Part shown: in pieces, positions 1-8,444 of the stretch
Numbering within the stretch: the stretch's first letter is position 1
How the letters are laid out: each line of letters starts with the position of its first letter
Virus record (IMG/VR): IMGVR_UViG_3300017963_000048
Coordinates: 1-62,290 of that record
Length of the DNA: 62,290 bases
From: a virus
Lineage: Duplodnaviria; Caudoviricetes
Direction: 5' to 3' (one strand)
Translations under genes and position numbers: made by a program
The notes under the pieces: generated by a model
Told to the model about the DNA's origin: nothing
What the model saw: the letters and a program-made list of their open reading frames with translations, nothing else
The model's database searches: none

Positions 1-123
1 GCCAGCAAAACACCACTGACACACACACACACATGGCACTGGAGGCCAACTAAAATGACAAACACAACTGACACACTCACCAAAAAAATTGAACTGCTGA
101 ATGAATTAACTGAAGCTTATGAA
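1..123. repeat. Terminal direct repeat (identical to 62168-62290), circular assembly overlap
   Basis: First 123 nt (gccagcaaaacaccactgac...agcttatgaa) recur exactly at the window end. Confidence 0.95.
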
Positions 124-486
124 AATATGCTTGAATATAACAGCACACCAGTTGACCACATTGAAGCTGCTTTGGATGAACTGCAAAATGAAATTGACCA
201 GCTGGCCAAAGCTGAAGCACGTGCAGCTGATCAGCACACAGTGCAAATTGAATTGACCAACATCACTGACAAAAACAAAACAGCGCTGCTGCAATTTGCT
301 GACATTATAAAGATCACTTGCTGCCAGTGTAACAGCAGCACCACTGCCAGTGAATTGCTTGACTTTTATTCATTGGTTGAATTGCATGAGCAACTTTTTG
401 ACGTGTTTGACAGCTTTGCTGAATGTGGCAATTGTGGTGCTGATGCTGAAAGCAGCATATTAATTCAACACACAGCACATGCTTGA
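55..486 (+). CDS. Early hypothetical protein with two CxxC pairs (possible Zn ribbon)
   Basis: CA-rich leader and CTGGAGG RBS at 39-45; CCQC and CGNC motifs. Confidence 0.75.
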   Translation: MTNTTDTLTKKIELLNELTEAYENMLEYNSTPVDHIEAALDELQNEIDQLAKAEARAADQHTVQIELTNITDKNKTALLQFADIIKITCCQCNSSTTASELLDFYSLVELHEQLFDVFDSFAECGNCGADAESSILIQHTAHA

Positions 487-526
487 CACTAATTTGATCA
501 ACGCATAGCACCAGCACCACCAAGTG

Positions 527-554
527 AGCGCTGCCAGTTGGCAGCGCTTTTTTT
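527..554 (+). terminator. Rho-independent terminator
   Basis: AGCGCTGCCA-GT-TGGCAGCGCT stem followed by a T-run. Confidence 0.85.
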
Positions 555-617
555 GTGCCTGCTGTGGGCAGCTTTATGGCTATAAAATTATGATGCAAAG
601 TTTATCTTGTCCAAACC

Positions 618-646
618 TTGTCAAATTGTAAAGCTGGCTTTATAAT
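618..646 (+). promoter_or_regulatory. Sigma70-type early promoter with embedded inverted repeat
   Basis: TTGTCA-17-TATAAT; TAAAGC-TG-GCTTTA overlaps spacer/-10; identical to 60352-60380. Confidence 0.85.
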
Positions 647-696
647 GCTGTTGTAACACTTGACACACACACACACTGGCACTGGAGGCCAAGAAA

Positions 697-1101
697 ATGG
701 CAAGCATAGTCAACGCAAAGCAACTGCACAATAAAGCCAAAGCACATGAAGTCAAACCACTTTCAAGCTGGTCATATAGCGTGATCAGTGGCACCAGTGG
801 CACACGTTATGTGGTGCGCATGGTTGACAAGCAAAGTGCCAGCTGCACATGTGAGTGGGGGGGATATCGGAAGTCAGCTAATGGCAAGCGCTCAGCATGC
901 AGCCACGTGCAAGCAGTCATGCAATTCACAGCCAACCACGTGCAGCGCAGCACAGCAGCATGGTCAAGCACTGAAGCTGCTGAGCGCCAAAAACGTCACA
1001 TGGTCAAGCTTGGTGATGGTGTCACCATCACCACACGCAAAAAAAACACCACTGCTGATGACTTCAGCGTGGAGCAAACACTCAAAGACTTAGGATTTTA
1101 G
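697..1101 (+). CDS. SWIM zinc-finger protein
   Basis: CTC...CSH (CxC-xn-CxH) preceded by G..Y.V; CTGGAGG RBS. Confidence 0.75.
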   Translation: MASIVNAKQLHNKAKAHEVKPLSSWSYSVISGTSGTRYVVRMVDKQSASCTCEWGGYRKSANGKRSACSHVQAVMQFTANHVQRSTAAWSSTEAAERQKRHMVKLGDGVTITTRKKNTTADDFSVEQTLKDLGF

Positions 1102-1113
1102 GAGATCAAAAAC

Positions 1114-1473
1114 ATGCAAACCACATATATTGAAAAGTCAAAATTTAAAGCATGGCTGCAAGCGCAGCATGGCCACCAAACCATTGAACACAAAAATACA
1201 TTTTATAAAGTTTGTCACATCAATTTGATCAATGGTGCTAAGCTTGATCTGCGCTTTCAGTTGACCACCATCAAGGTTGGTGAAATGGTGCTTGGGCACC
1301 AGGCATATGGCTTTGCTGAAACATTTGAAGCTGCCACGCATTTGAGATTTGATCCAGAGCATGGCAATATTTGGGTGTTTCCTGGTGATGGTGACATTTT
1401 CAGAACTGATGCACAGCGCCAAGCCAGCGTGCAAGTGGCTGCTGAAGCCATTCAAGCATTGATTGCAGCGTAA
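1114..1473 (+). CDS. Hypothetical protein
   Basis: AGGAG RBS, native codon usage, followed by terminator. Confidence 0.75.
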   Translation: MQTTYIEKSKFKAWLQAQHGHQTIEHKNTFYKVCHINLINGAKLDLRFQLTTIKVGEMVLGHQAYGFAETFEAATHLRFDPEHGNIWVFPGDGDIFRTDAQRQASVQVAAEAIQALIAA

Positions 1474-1480
1474 AACAAAA

Positions 1481-1601
1481 CCAAAGCGCTGCCAGCTGGC
1501 AGCGCTTTTTTTATCCCCGAATAATACGGGGGTATTGCCTTGACAACCTATAAAGCCAGCTTTATAATTACACTTGTAAGTCAAAACACACTCACACACA
1601 C
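1481..1601 (+). repeat. Terminator+hairpin+promoter+leader module, near-identical to 61816-61937
   Basis: AAAGCGCTGCCAGCTGGCAGCGCTTT, CCCCG-AATAATA-CGGGG, TTGACA(1540)-17-TATAAT(1563), CA-rich leader. Confidence 0.9.
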
Positions 1602-1627
1602 ACACATGGCACTGGAGGCCAACTAAA

Positions 1628-2002
1628 ATGACCACAAACTTGATCCCACAACTGACTGACACCAACATTAATGACAAACTTTCACGCTTGTGCAGCGCAC
1701 TGCTGCAAAACCACTTTCACACTGCTGCTGCTTTTGATGACTTGCGCTTGTTTGGCGCACCAACTGAGTGTGGCAGCATAATCAATCGAGCACACCAATC
1801 ACGCATGGCTGAAGCACTTGAAATGTTGGGCTTAGAAGCTTATGAAGCACACCAGCTGCTGGTGTCACGTGTAGATGCACGCTGGCTGCACTTTGTGGGC
1901 TGTGACATTGACAATGACATTGCTGAAATGGCTGAAGCTGATGACACCATGCGGTGGGATTGGAAAAATAATAATTGGTTATACTGGCCATTTGGCTGCT
2001 GA
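1628..2002 (+). CDS. Early hypothetical protein
   Basis: Leader catggcactggaggccaactaaaATG identical to that of ORF 55. Confidence 0.8.
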   Translation: MTTNLIPQLTDTNINDKLSRLCSALLQNHFHTAAAFDDLRLFGAPTECGSIINRAHQSRMAEALEMLGLEAYEAHQLLVSRVDARWLHFVGCDIDNDIAEMAEADDTMRWDWKNNNWLYWPFGC

Positions 2003-2025
2003 TCACCAGACACCACGCACCACTA

Positions 2026-2058
2026 AGCGCTGCATACACGTGCAGCGCTGTTTTTTTT
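2026..2058 (+). terminator. Rho-independent terminator
   Basis: AGCGCTGCA...TGCAGCGCT stem plus T8. Confidence 0.75.
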
Positions 2059-2126
2059 AGGACCGTTCACACTTTGACCTGGCTATGGCTGCCACTCGCA
2101 GGAAAATGGCTGTGTGTGGCTTTATC

Positions 2127-2156
2127 TTGACAGCTTTGTAAAATGCGCTTTATAAT
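2127..2156 (+). promoter_or_regulatory. Sigma70-type promoter, probably leaderless mRNA
   Basis: TTGACA-18-TATAAT ending 7 nt before ATG 2163; no SD. Confidence 0.75.
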
Positions 2157-2162
2157 GCCAGT

Positions 2163-2492
2163 ATGCACGCTTCACTGCAAACCACAGCCAGCATCATGAA
2201 AGCACAACTCGAAGCTGAGCGCCTCACCGTGGTGCTGGTGCCAGCCAAGCATGGTGCTGGCATGTTGCGTGCAGTGCAAAACCAAAACCCGCAATGGTAT
2301 CAAGAGTTCTGTGCTCAGTATGAGAGTCAACGCAGCAAACCACGCAAGCGCAAGCATTTTGACACCAAGATCAAACGAGCACACACGCTGCGTGCCCTGG
2401 CTGAATTAAGCACTGGCCAAGTCAAAAGCAAGTATGCACAGCGCTTGCTGCCATATGTGGAAGATTATCATGTCGGAAAACTCGGATACTAG
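2163..2492 (+). CDS. Basic hypothetical protein
   Basis: ORF directly after promoter, native codon usage. Confidence 0.7.
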   Translation: MHASLQTTASIMKAQLEAERLTVVLVPAKHGAGMLRAVQNQNPQWYQEFCAQYESQRSKPRKRKHFDTKIKRAHTLRALAELSTGQVKSKYAQRLLPYVEDYHVGKLGY

Positions 2493-2610
2493 AAACCAAG
2501 CTTTTTGCAAGCGCGAGCGCAAACGCATGTGCGCTTTGTTTTATGTGCTCACAGCCGAACTGCTGTGCTTGCTCATTGCAGTGGGGTGGTGGTTGGTGAC
2601 TGAGTTATAA
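2470..2610 (+). CDS. Small single-TM protein (46 aa, not in ORF track)
   Basis: MSENSDTRNQAFCKRERKRMCALFYVLTAELLCLLIAVGWWLVTEL; fills gap between ORFs. Confidence 0.5.
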   Translation: MSENSDTRNQAFCKRERKRMCALFYVLTAELLCLLIAVGWWLVTEL

Positions 2611-2639
2611 AGTTTTTCAGATTCAAAGGAGTAGAGATC

Positions 2640-2789
2640 ATGCAAAACCAAACGCAAAACCAAAAGCAAAACCAAACACGCAAACCACGCAAGCGCATCA
2701 GGCTGCTGGGCTGGCTGATCATTTTCAGCAGCAGCTGCTGTGGGTGCATGGGCATCATGGCTGCTGGCCAGTATTTTAGAGCATTTTGA
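2640..2789 (+). CDS. Small membrane protein with QNQ repeats (49 aa, not in ORF track)
   Basis: AAGGAG RBS; MQNQTQNQKQNQTRKPRKRIRLLGWLIIFSSSCCGCMGIMAAGQYFRAF. Confidence 0.6.
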   Translation: MQNQTQNQKQNQTRKPRKRIRLLGWLIIFSSSCCGCMGIMAAGQYFRAF

Positions 2790-2845
2790 CATTTTTCACC
2801 GTCAAAGTATTTTTTGCTTTCGATAACTAACATTATCAGAAGCAT

Positions 2846-3274
2846 ATGAAACTACCCAAAGCAGCACCAGTGCTGCCCCTCACCCACGAATATATCACTT
2901 GCTTGCAGTGTGGCTTCAACTATCTTTGGCGCATTTGTGGCCAGATTGGTGATTGCATCAATTGCAACTGTGGCAGCTTCACACTGCGTGAAGGCGAGAT
3001 CAAAATCAATTTCAGGAGCACAAATATCATGGTAGCAAATCACACAGGCCAGCGTGTTGGGCTGGTCAAATACCTACAAGATGAAATGGCAGGTGCCACC
3101 ACCATGCACCCGCAAGACCTGCACCAGCTGTGCGAGCGCTTGGCACCCCGTTTTCAAAAGCAACCTTTTGAAGTGCGCAGAGCAGCACAGTTTGTCATGC
3201 ACAAAAACAAAACAGCTGCGCGGCCCAAACCGACCACCCACCAAGCCACGCAGCGTGCTACTAAGAGCACTTGA
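2846..3274 (+). CDS. Zn-ribbon hypothetical protein
   Basis: CLQCG...CINCNCGS. Confidence 0.65.
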   Translation: MKLPKAAPVLPLTHEYITCLQCGFNYLWRICGQIGDCINCNCGSFTLREGEIKINFRSTNIMVANHTGQRVGLVKYLQDEMAGATTMHPQDLHQLCERLAPRFQKQPFEVRRAAQFVMHKNKTAARPKPTTHQATQRATKST

Positions 3275-3490
3275 CGTTTTCAAGGCCATCACAGCCAACT
3301 GCCAGGAAAAACGCACACAGCGCTTCCTGGCAGTTTTGCTTAATCCGGATTAATCAACATGGCCACAGCTTATGCTTCACAGCTTCAGCCATTTGCCGGT
3401 GCTTATAATTCCCGTCCTGCAGCTGCTTATAATCTTTGCATAATAACTTTATCACTTGACACTGCGTGCATTTTACGGTAAACCTAAGTC

Positions 3491-3841
3491 ATGATGACCA
3501 TTTCTAATTTGTCACCACTGCTGCACAACTTGCAGCACAAAGCAGTGCACAGCGCACCCATAGAACAGCATCTTGATCTGTCAGATGGTTTGCGTGTTTC
3601 GCTGCGCTTCGAAGATGGTCAAAGCTGGCTCTACTTGTCACGTCCTGGCGTATGCCCCTCCCTAGTTGAAGCGCATACCATCTTTAAACACTACCCGGGC
3701 AGCAAACCAACACAAGTGACTTTTCGAGAACCACAGCAGCAGCCACTAGCAGATGGCCGTTTTTATCTGTTAACCAGCTGGTCATTAAACGACTGTGCTG
3801 AAGCTGAAGCTGAAGCCATTCCGCTGACTCTGGTGTTCTAG
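3491..3841 (+). CDS. Hypothetical protein, likely leaderless
   Basis: TTGACA(3456)-17-TAAACC ends 7 nt before ATG. Confidence 0.65.
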   Translation: MMTISNLSPLLHNLQHKAVHSAPIEQHLDLSDGLRVSLRFEDGQSWLYLSRPGVCPSLVEAHTIFKHYPGSKPTQVTFREPQQQPLADGRFYLLTSWSLNDCAEAEAEAIPLTLVF

Positions 3842-3875
3842 CAAAACTGCTTGCATTTTCCTTTGCGATCGTTTA

Positions 3876-3908
3876 ATAAAAAGTGCCAGTGCAATTGCAC
3901 TGGCACTT
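3876..3908 (-). terminator. Terminator at convergence of the two arms
   Basis: Perfect 28-bp palindrome AAGTGCCAGTGCAATTGCACTGGCACTT (3881-3908) with A-run on the left. Confidence 0.8.
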
Positions 3909-3949
3909 GCCAAATATAAAGTTAAAATCTAATTTGCGGGGCTCTCCTT

Positions 3950-4165
3950 TCAGATTTTCAAAGCTTCATTGCTTAATTCAGGACTTGGATATAAATTGAT
4001 CATGTCAAGTGCATTGTGCGCATTATATTGACGTTGCTCTAGCTGTGCAGCCAGATCAACCAATTGGGGCTGCACAGCGCTGCTGAGCGCTCCACAGTCG
4101 GTCAATACTGTCACACGTATGGCTTGTTTAATCTCTGGTGCGTGAGGTGATTTTTTTGTAATCAT
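3950..4165 (-). CDS. Small hypothetical protein downstream of holin
   Basis: ORF MITKKSPH... overlapping holin end. Confidence 0.4.
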   Translation of the reverse strand: MITKKSPHAPEIKQAIRVTVLTDCGALSSAVQPQLVDLAAQLEQRQYNAHNALDMINLYPSPELSNEALKI

Positions 4166-4451
4166 AATATCCTGACGCAGTAAGAGCAGAGCCAAGCAAA
4201 AAGACAAACGACATCAAAATGTCAACTGGCAGCGCACTGGCAGTGGCACGTGTGGCAAAATGTGCCCACAAGATCAAACCACCAAGCACACCACCAATGA
4301 CAAAACTGGCCAGGCGTGTTTTGGTGCCTTCGAGATTAAAAGCTTCTTTCAAAAAAGCAGTGCCAGCAGCAACCAAGCCAGTTTGCGTCAAAAATATGGC
4401 AATTAAGCTGGCCACAGTTGTGAAAGTTTGGGTCAATGGTGTTTGCTCCAT
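4128..4451 (-). CDS. Putative holin
   Basis: 107 aa, three hydrophobic segments, charged C-tail, GGAGG RBS, in lysis cassette. Confidence 0.7.
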   Translation of the reverse strand: MEQTPLTQTFTTVASLIAIFLTQTGLVAAGTAFLKEAFNLEGTKTRLASFVIGGVLGGLILWAHFATRATASALPVDILMSFVFLLGSALTASGYYDYKKITSRTRD

Positions 4452-4482
4452 CAGTATTCCTCCTTTCTATTCAAATTCCAAG

Positions 4483-4926
4483 TCATCGCGGTATGGGTAT
4501 CGCTGAGATGACTACATAAGTTAAAAGCAGGATCAATGCCCACCGTAAAATGGGCACCAATATGTTTTCCAAAAGCCACGGCCAGCTGACAAACTGCTTA
4601 AGCACTTCCTCAGTGCTGCGTGGCTTGCCATTCATTTCTAACGCTTGCAAATGCGTGGTCAAAGCTAATCTCAATTCGGTGATCTGATCTTGCTGGTCAT
4701 GTATTTCACTATCCATTGCACTCATTTTTTCTGCACCCTGACTTAAACGAATGTTTACATTGTCACGCCACTTGCTGAATGCTTCCCATTTGGTGCTTTC
4801 TGATGACACTAAAGATGCCAGCATATTGGTCAACGTGCTGACTTTGGTGTTAATCTCGCCCATCCAAAATGCCAACTGCGTGGGAGAAATTTCATCGTCA
4901 AACGGCCTGCCGGGATTGTCACTCAT
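4483..4926 (-). CDS. Coiled-coil protein with C-terminal TM (lysis-associated)
   Basis: Heptad-like region then hydrophobic C-terminus, between endolysin and holin. Confidence 0.65.
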   Translation of the reverse strand: MSDNPGRPFDDEISPTQLAFWMGEINTKVSTLTNMLASLVSSESTKWEAFSKWRDNVNIRLSQGAEKMSAMDSEIHDQQDQITELRLALTTHLQALEMNGKPRSTEEVLKQFVSWPWLLENILVPILRWALILLLTYVVISAIPIPR

Positions 4927-4927
4927 G

Positions 4928-6340
4928 TCACACTCTCAATACACGTTTTTTGGGCACCAGATGGCCATCAAATTGGCCACCAGCCACCATATAATAATCG
5001 CCATAACCAGTTTTGACCACCGGCGTGCTGGCACTATCAATGCAGCTGACCGCGGCACTGGCATACACTTCAAAACGCTCTCCCAATTTAAACACATGGA
5101 CTTTGTTTTCGGGAATCGGCTTGCCGGGGGGATTTTCACCCGGGCATTCAGTGCCATAATTGTCAATCTTGTACACACTACAGTTGGCCTCACTGTCATT
5201 GGCCACTAGCACCGTGAAAGTCTCATCTGCTGGTGGTGGCTCTATGGGTGGTGGTGTTTCACCATCATGACTGTGGTGCGCATCAGGATTGCCCAGGTGC
5301 TTAGCAAAATCAGCTTCTAAGTTTGACACTACACCAGACACGTTTTGCAGCTGTGTGGCTTGCACGTCAAGCTGTGTGGTGTTTGAACTGGTTTGGGCTT
5401 CAACATGCACCAGCTGCCCACTTAATTCATCCACTCTAGTGCTCAGCACCGTGATCTGCGCTTGCAGTTCTTCACAGCAGTCATCAGTGGGCGGGGGTGC
5501 TTCAGTCAGACCATAATGCTTTTCAAATGCGGTCCAATCACCTTTGAATAATCCGAGGTCAATACTTAGCGCACCAGTGCTGCCAAAGTAGCTGCCCAAG
5601 CCATTGCCATCTGCTGAGTATTGCCATTCTTCAAACTCTTGCAAGCCAAATGGCCAATCTAGGGGCACATATTGGCCATCTGACCACGGTGACTGCAAGC
5701 CCAAATGATAACGCGCAGCCATCAGGCCAATGTCATTTTGCATCCAATACTGGCTGCGTGCCACGTAGGGATTAAAGAAGCTTAAGCGTGTGTAAACTTG
5801 CAGCATGCGGTTGGTCAAGCCTCCAAAGTGATCACACCAGCGCTTGCAATAGCTGAGCAAACCCGCAGGTGTTAGATTACCGCTGCGCTCCACATCCAGC
5901 CACACTGACAACCGGCCAGCACCACTGATCATGTCAGCTGCTTGCTGTGCAGCTTGCTCTGGTGTGACACTGGTTTGTGCAGGATCCGCAAAATGGTAGA
6001 AACCAATTTCCATGTTCGCATCTTCCGCAGCTTTTAAGTTGTTTTCAAATTGGCTATCTGGCCACAAACCCTGATTGACTTTGATCCACACAGCTCTGAT
6101 GCCACGCTCTCTGGCTGTGTGATAATTCATAGGCCAATTCCATTTGCTGGTGTCTAAGTGCAGCACAGTTGGCCCAATCACAGGTGGCATGGGCACCACT
6201 GGAGCCACATTCACCAAACGCAAAACACCACGCACCGCAGTTTGCAGCAATGGTGTTTCGTTCGGAAAAGCCCCCATTCCGTTTTCATCACGCAAATTGA
6301 TTAAGCGTATATCGGTCAAGTCAGCTTGTTTTGGTTCCAT
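4928..6340 (-). CDS. Endolysin: GH25 muramidase, coiled coil, Pro linker and C-terminal domain
   Basis: LDTSKWN, IKVNQG, GFYHFA, WLDVE, WQYS motifs of GH25; start 6340 (AAGGAG) or 6364. Confidence 0.85.
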   Translation of the reverse strand: MEPKQADLTDIRLINLRDENGMGAFPNETPLLQTAVRGVLRLVNVAPVVPMPPVIGPTVLHLDTSKWNWPMNYHTARERGIRAVWIKVNQGLWPDSQFENNLKAAEDANMEIGFYHFADPAQTSVTPEQAAQQAADMISGAGRLSVWLDVERSGNLTPAGLLSYCKRWCDHFGGLTNRMLQVYTRLSFFNPYVARSQYWMQNDIGLMAARYHLGLQSPWSDGQYVPLDWPFGLQEFEEWQYSADGNGLGSYFGSTGALSIDLGLFKGDWTAFEKHYGLTEAPPPTDDCCEELQAQITVLSTRVDELSGQLVHVEAQTSSNTTQLDVQATQLQNVSGVVSNLEADFAKHLGNPDAHHSHDGETPPPIEPPPADETFTVLVANDSEANCSVYKIDNYGTECPGENPPGKPIPENKVHVFKLGERFEVYASAAVSCIDSASTPVVKTGYGDYYMVAGGQFDGHLVPKKRVLRV

Positions 6341-6377
6341 ATTAAAATATCTCCTTGTTATCATTTTTTGTGCTCCC

Positions 6378-6393
6378 TGTTGCTGTAGCAACA
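6378..6393. repeat. Dispersed 16-bp palindrome TGTTGCT-NN-AGCAACA (copy 1 of at least 13)
   Basis: Copies at 6378, 12387, 18244, 25001, 29950, 33870, 39228, 44955, 47180, 49975, 54078, 57838, 61800; the 12 core arm bases GTTGCT/AGCAAC are invariant. Confidence 0.95.
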
Positions 6394-6453
6394 GCACCAG
6401 CTGCTGCAAGATTTTTATGCGCACCAGGTGCGCTTAATTCAAAAAGTTTTGCG

Positions 6454-7242
6454 TCAACTTTTGAAGGTGTTATAACTCATTTCGCGGGTTTGAAAGACAA
6501 ATTGATTAGCATGAAAAGCACCATGCACTGAGCACCAAGCCATCCTCATTTCGCTTTCTTGGCCACCAGAATATTCACGGCCAATGCTGATGCCGGTGAA
6601 TGCACTGGTATAGAGTGAAGCGGGCACGCCAACCAGATTGCTGTCAGTGACTTCATTGACGGTGATATATAAACCAGCACCAGGGTCAAAGCGCCCACAG
6701 ACATAATAGAAATCACCTTCAGCAATGACCACGCTGCTGGTCACACTGACAATGTTGATGCCATCAGTGGTGACTTGAAAAATTGGCTGGTTTGCAGGAG
6801 TCATCGCAATGCGATAAGATCGGCTAGAAGCTTCACCCCATTTGCCAAAAGTGTGTGAAATTGCCCCACCAGTATTGACCAAACCGAAAAATCCAGTCAA
6901 TGTCAAACCACGTCTGGGAATTTCAATGTAGCTTTCAGTGCCAGTCACATTATATAGATTAGTTGCGCCCTGGTGATCACCGTCAAGATATTCAACATAA
7001 GGCCAATAATCGGGTTGATAAAAACCAACATCGTCATTTAATGACAATGGTGCATCGACTCCATTTTCATTAAATAGCTGACCAGCTTCATCAAAGTAAC
7101 CCGCCCACCAGCTGGCCAAGTGGGCCAGCTGTGTTTTCAGCAGTGGTGGCATGTGCGCCAAAGCCATTGAAGGATTATCTTTACTAAAGAAGTGGGTAGA
7201 CAATAATGCAGTCAGCTGGTCATTTTCTTTCTGTGCTGTCAT
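6454..7242 (-). CDS. Tail-tip protein with LamG/ConA-like domain
   Basis: GKWG..SRSYRI, FYYVCGRFDPG, ISIGR pattern; position after baseplate genes. Confidence 0.6.
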   Translation of the reverse strand: MTAQKENDQLTALLSTHFFSKDNPSMALAHMPPLLKTQLAHLASWWAGYFDEAGQLFNENGVDAPLSLNDDVGFYQPDYWPYVEYLDGDHQGATNLYNVTGTESYIEIPRRGLTLTGFFGLVNTGGAISHTFGKWGEASSRSYRIAMTPANQPIFQVTTDGINIVSVTSSVVIAEGDFYYVCGRFDPGAGLYITVNEVTDSNLVGVPASLYTSAFTGISIGREYSGGQESEMRMAWCSVHGAFHANQFVFQTREMSYNTFKS

Positions 7243-8444
7243 TTGATGCCTTTCAAGCCCATGCGAGCAATCATCTGTGATAATCTTTGGATCTTAACAC
7301 CATTGACACTGTAATCGTAAGGCGCAGTATAGCTGGCCGTTTCAATAAACATCACGCGCCGATCATCAGTCAAAACTGTTGCATCTAACAGTGGTGTGGC
7401 CGGAAAAGCGTTGCGTGCTATCAGCCATTTTCCTGGCAATACGTTCCACGGCTCTACTACATGATCAGTGCCAAAGTCAAGCAGCCTAGATTCCTCACCA
7501 ATTCTTAAAGCATATTCGGCCTGTGTCGGAATTGGTTTATAACGTGCCACCCGATTGGCAAAAATGCCAAATGTCCAGCGCTCGAAGCTGGCACCACCCT
7601 GTGTTAACAGTTCACTGATGATCGTTTGACCAGTGCGCGACTTGTCATCAAGCCTGCGCACCAGAACTGGATTAGTGTCAAAGTCAGTGCTGTCCACAAT
7701 GCCATTTGGATCAGCTGCCAAAACTAACTCTAGCTTGCTGGTGGGTGTGCCACTGATGGTGGTGACTCCTGGTGTGTTGTCATTATAGTAAAATTTTTCT
7801 AAGTAATGACGCAGCCCCAAACACTCTAACTGAATGCTAACTTGACCAGCTGAGAACTGCACACTTTTTTGGTCGTCATTTGGCCAAGCATTTTCCAATA
7901 GATAAGTATCTCTGGCTTGCTCAGCTTCATTGTAAACTGGTGTGGCTGTGGTATCCACCAAAGCCTCGCCTGCATTCAACACCAGCATGTGAGTGCCATA
8001 TTTCGCAATCGAGTCAGTGTCTTGCACAATGATTGTAAAGCGCTGCGCACCTTTCAGAAAAGGAGTGTGCTCAACATAGATAGGCGTATAAGTGGCAATA
8101 ATGTCATTAGAAATGTCTAGCAGTGGCCCAATGGTGCTGGTCAATTCACTCTGCACAAACGTGATCTGGTTGACAATGCCAAGCCAAATCTCATTACCTA
8201 ATTCATCCGTTACCTGAATGATGTAACCAAGCCCTTTCTCATACCAGTCAGAAGCTGTGAAAACATCAGTGCTGAAACCCATGCTGGCAGCATCAAAACC
8301 ACCATCAGCCAAAATGCTGTGGGTGTATGAGGCCAGCTTTTCAGCTAAGCTGTTATCAATCTCTTTGGCAAAAGGGTCAAAGGTGGGATACCAGCTTGGC
8401 TGGTAGACTTTGACAATGATGCCTGTGTTCTTCAAAATGGCCAT
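7239..8444 (-). CDS. Baseplate hub/Tal-like tail protein
   Basis: Second gene after tape measure; SIAKYG motif, IWLGIV..I. Confidence 0.65.
   Translation of the reverse strand: MAILKNTGIIVKVYQPSWYPTFDPFAKEIDNSLAEKLASYTHSILADGGFDAASMGFSTDVFTASDWYEKGLGYIIQVTDELGNEIWLGIVNQITFVQSELTSTIGPLLDISNDIIATYTPIYVEHTPFLKGAQRFTIIVQDTDSIAKYGTHMLVLNAGEALVDTTATPVYNEAEQARDTYLLENAWPNDDQKSVQFSAGQVSIQLECLGLRHYLEKFYYNDNTPGVTTISGTPTSKLELVLAADPNGIVDSTDFDTNPVLVRRLDDKSRTGQTIISELLTQGGASFERWTFGIFANRVARYKPIPTQAEYALRIGEESRLLDFGTDHVVEPWNVLPGKWLIARNAFPATPLLDATVLTDDRRVMFIETASYTAPYDYSVNGVKIQRLSQMIARMGLKGIK

Noticed and set aside
19-33. (CA)n microsatellite for phase variation
   Set aside because: Runs lie in untranslated leaders after the promoter, so length change would not alter frame or spacer; more likely unstructured leaders
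1-123. Biological terminal repeat
   Set aside because: It cuts into a gene and has a k-mer-like length; more simply an assembly overlap, though reads are needed to be sure
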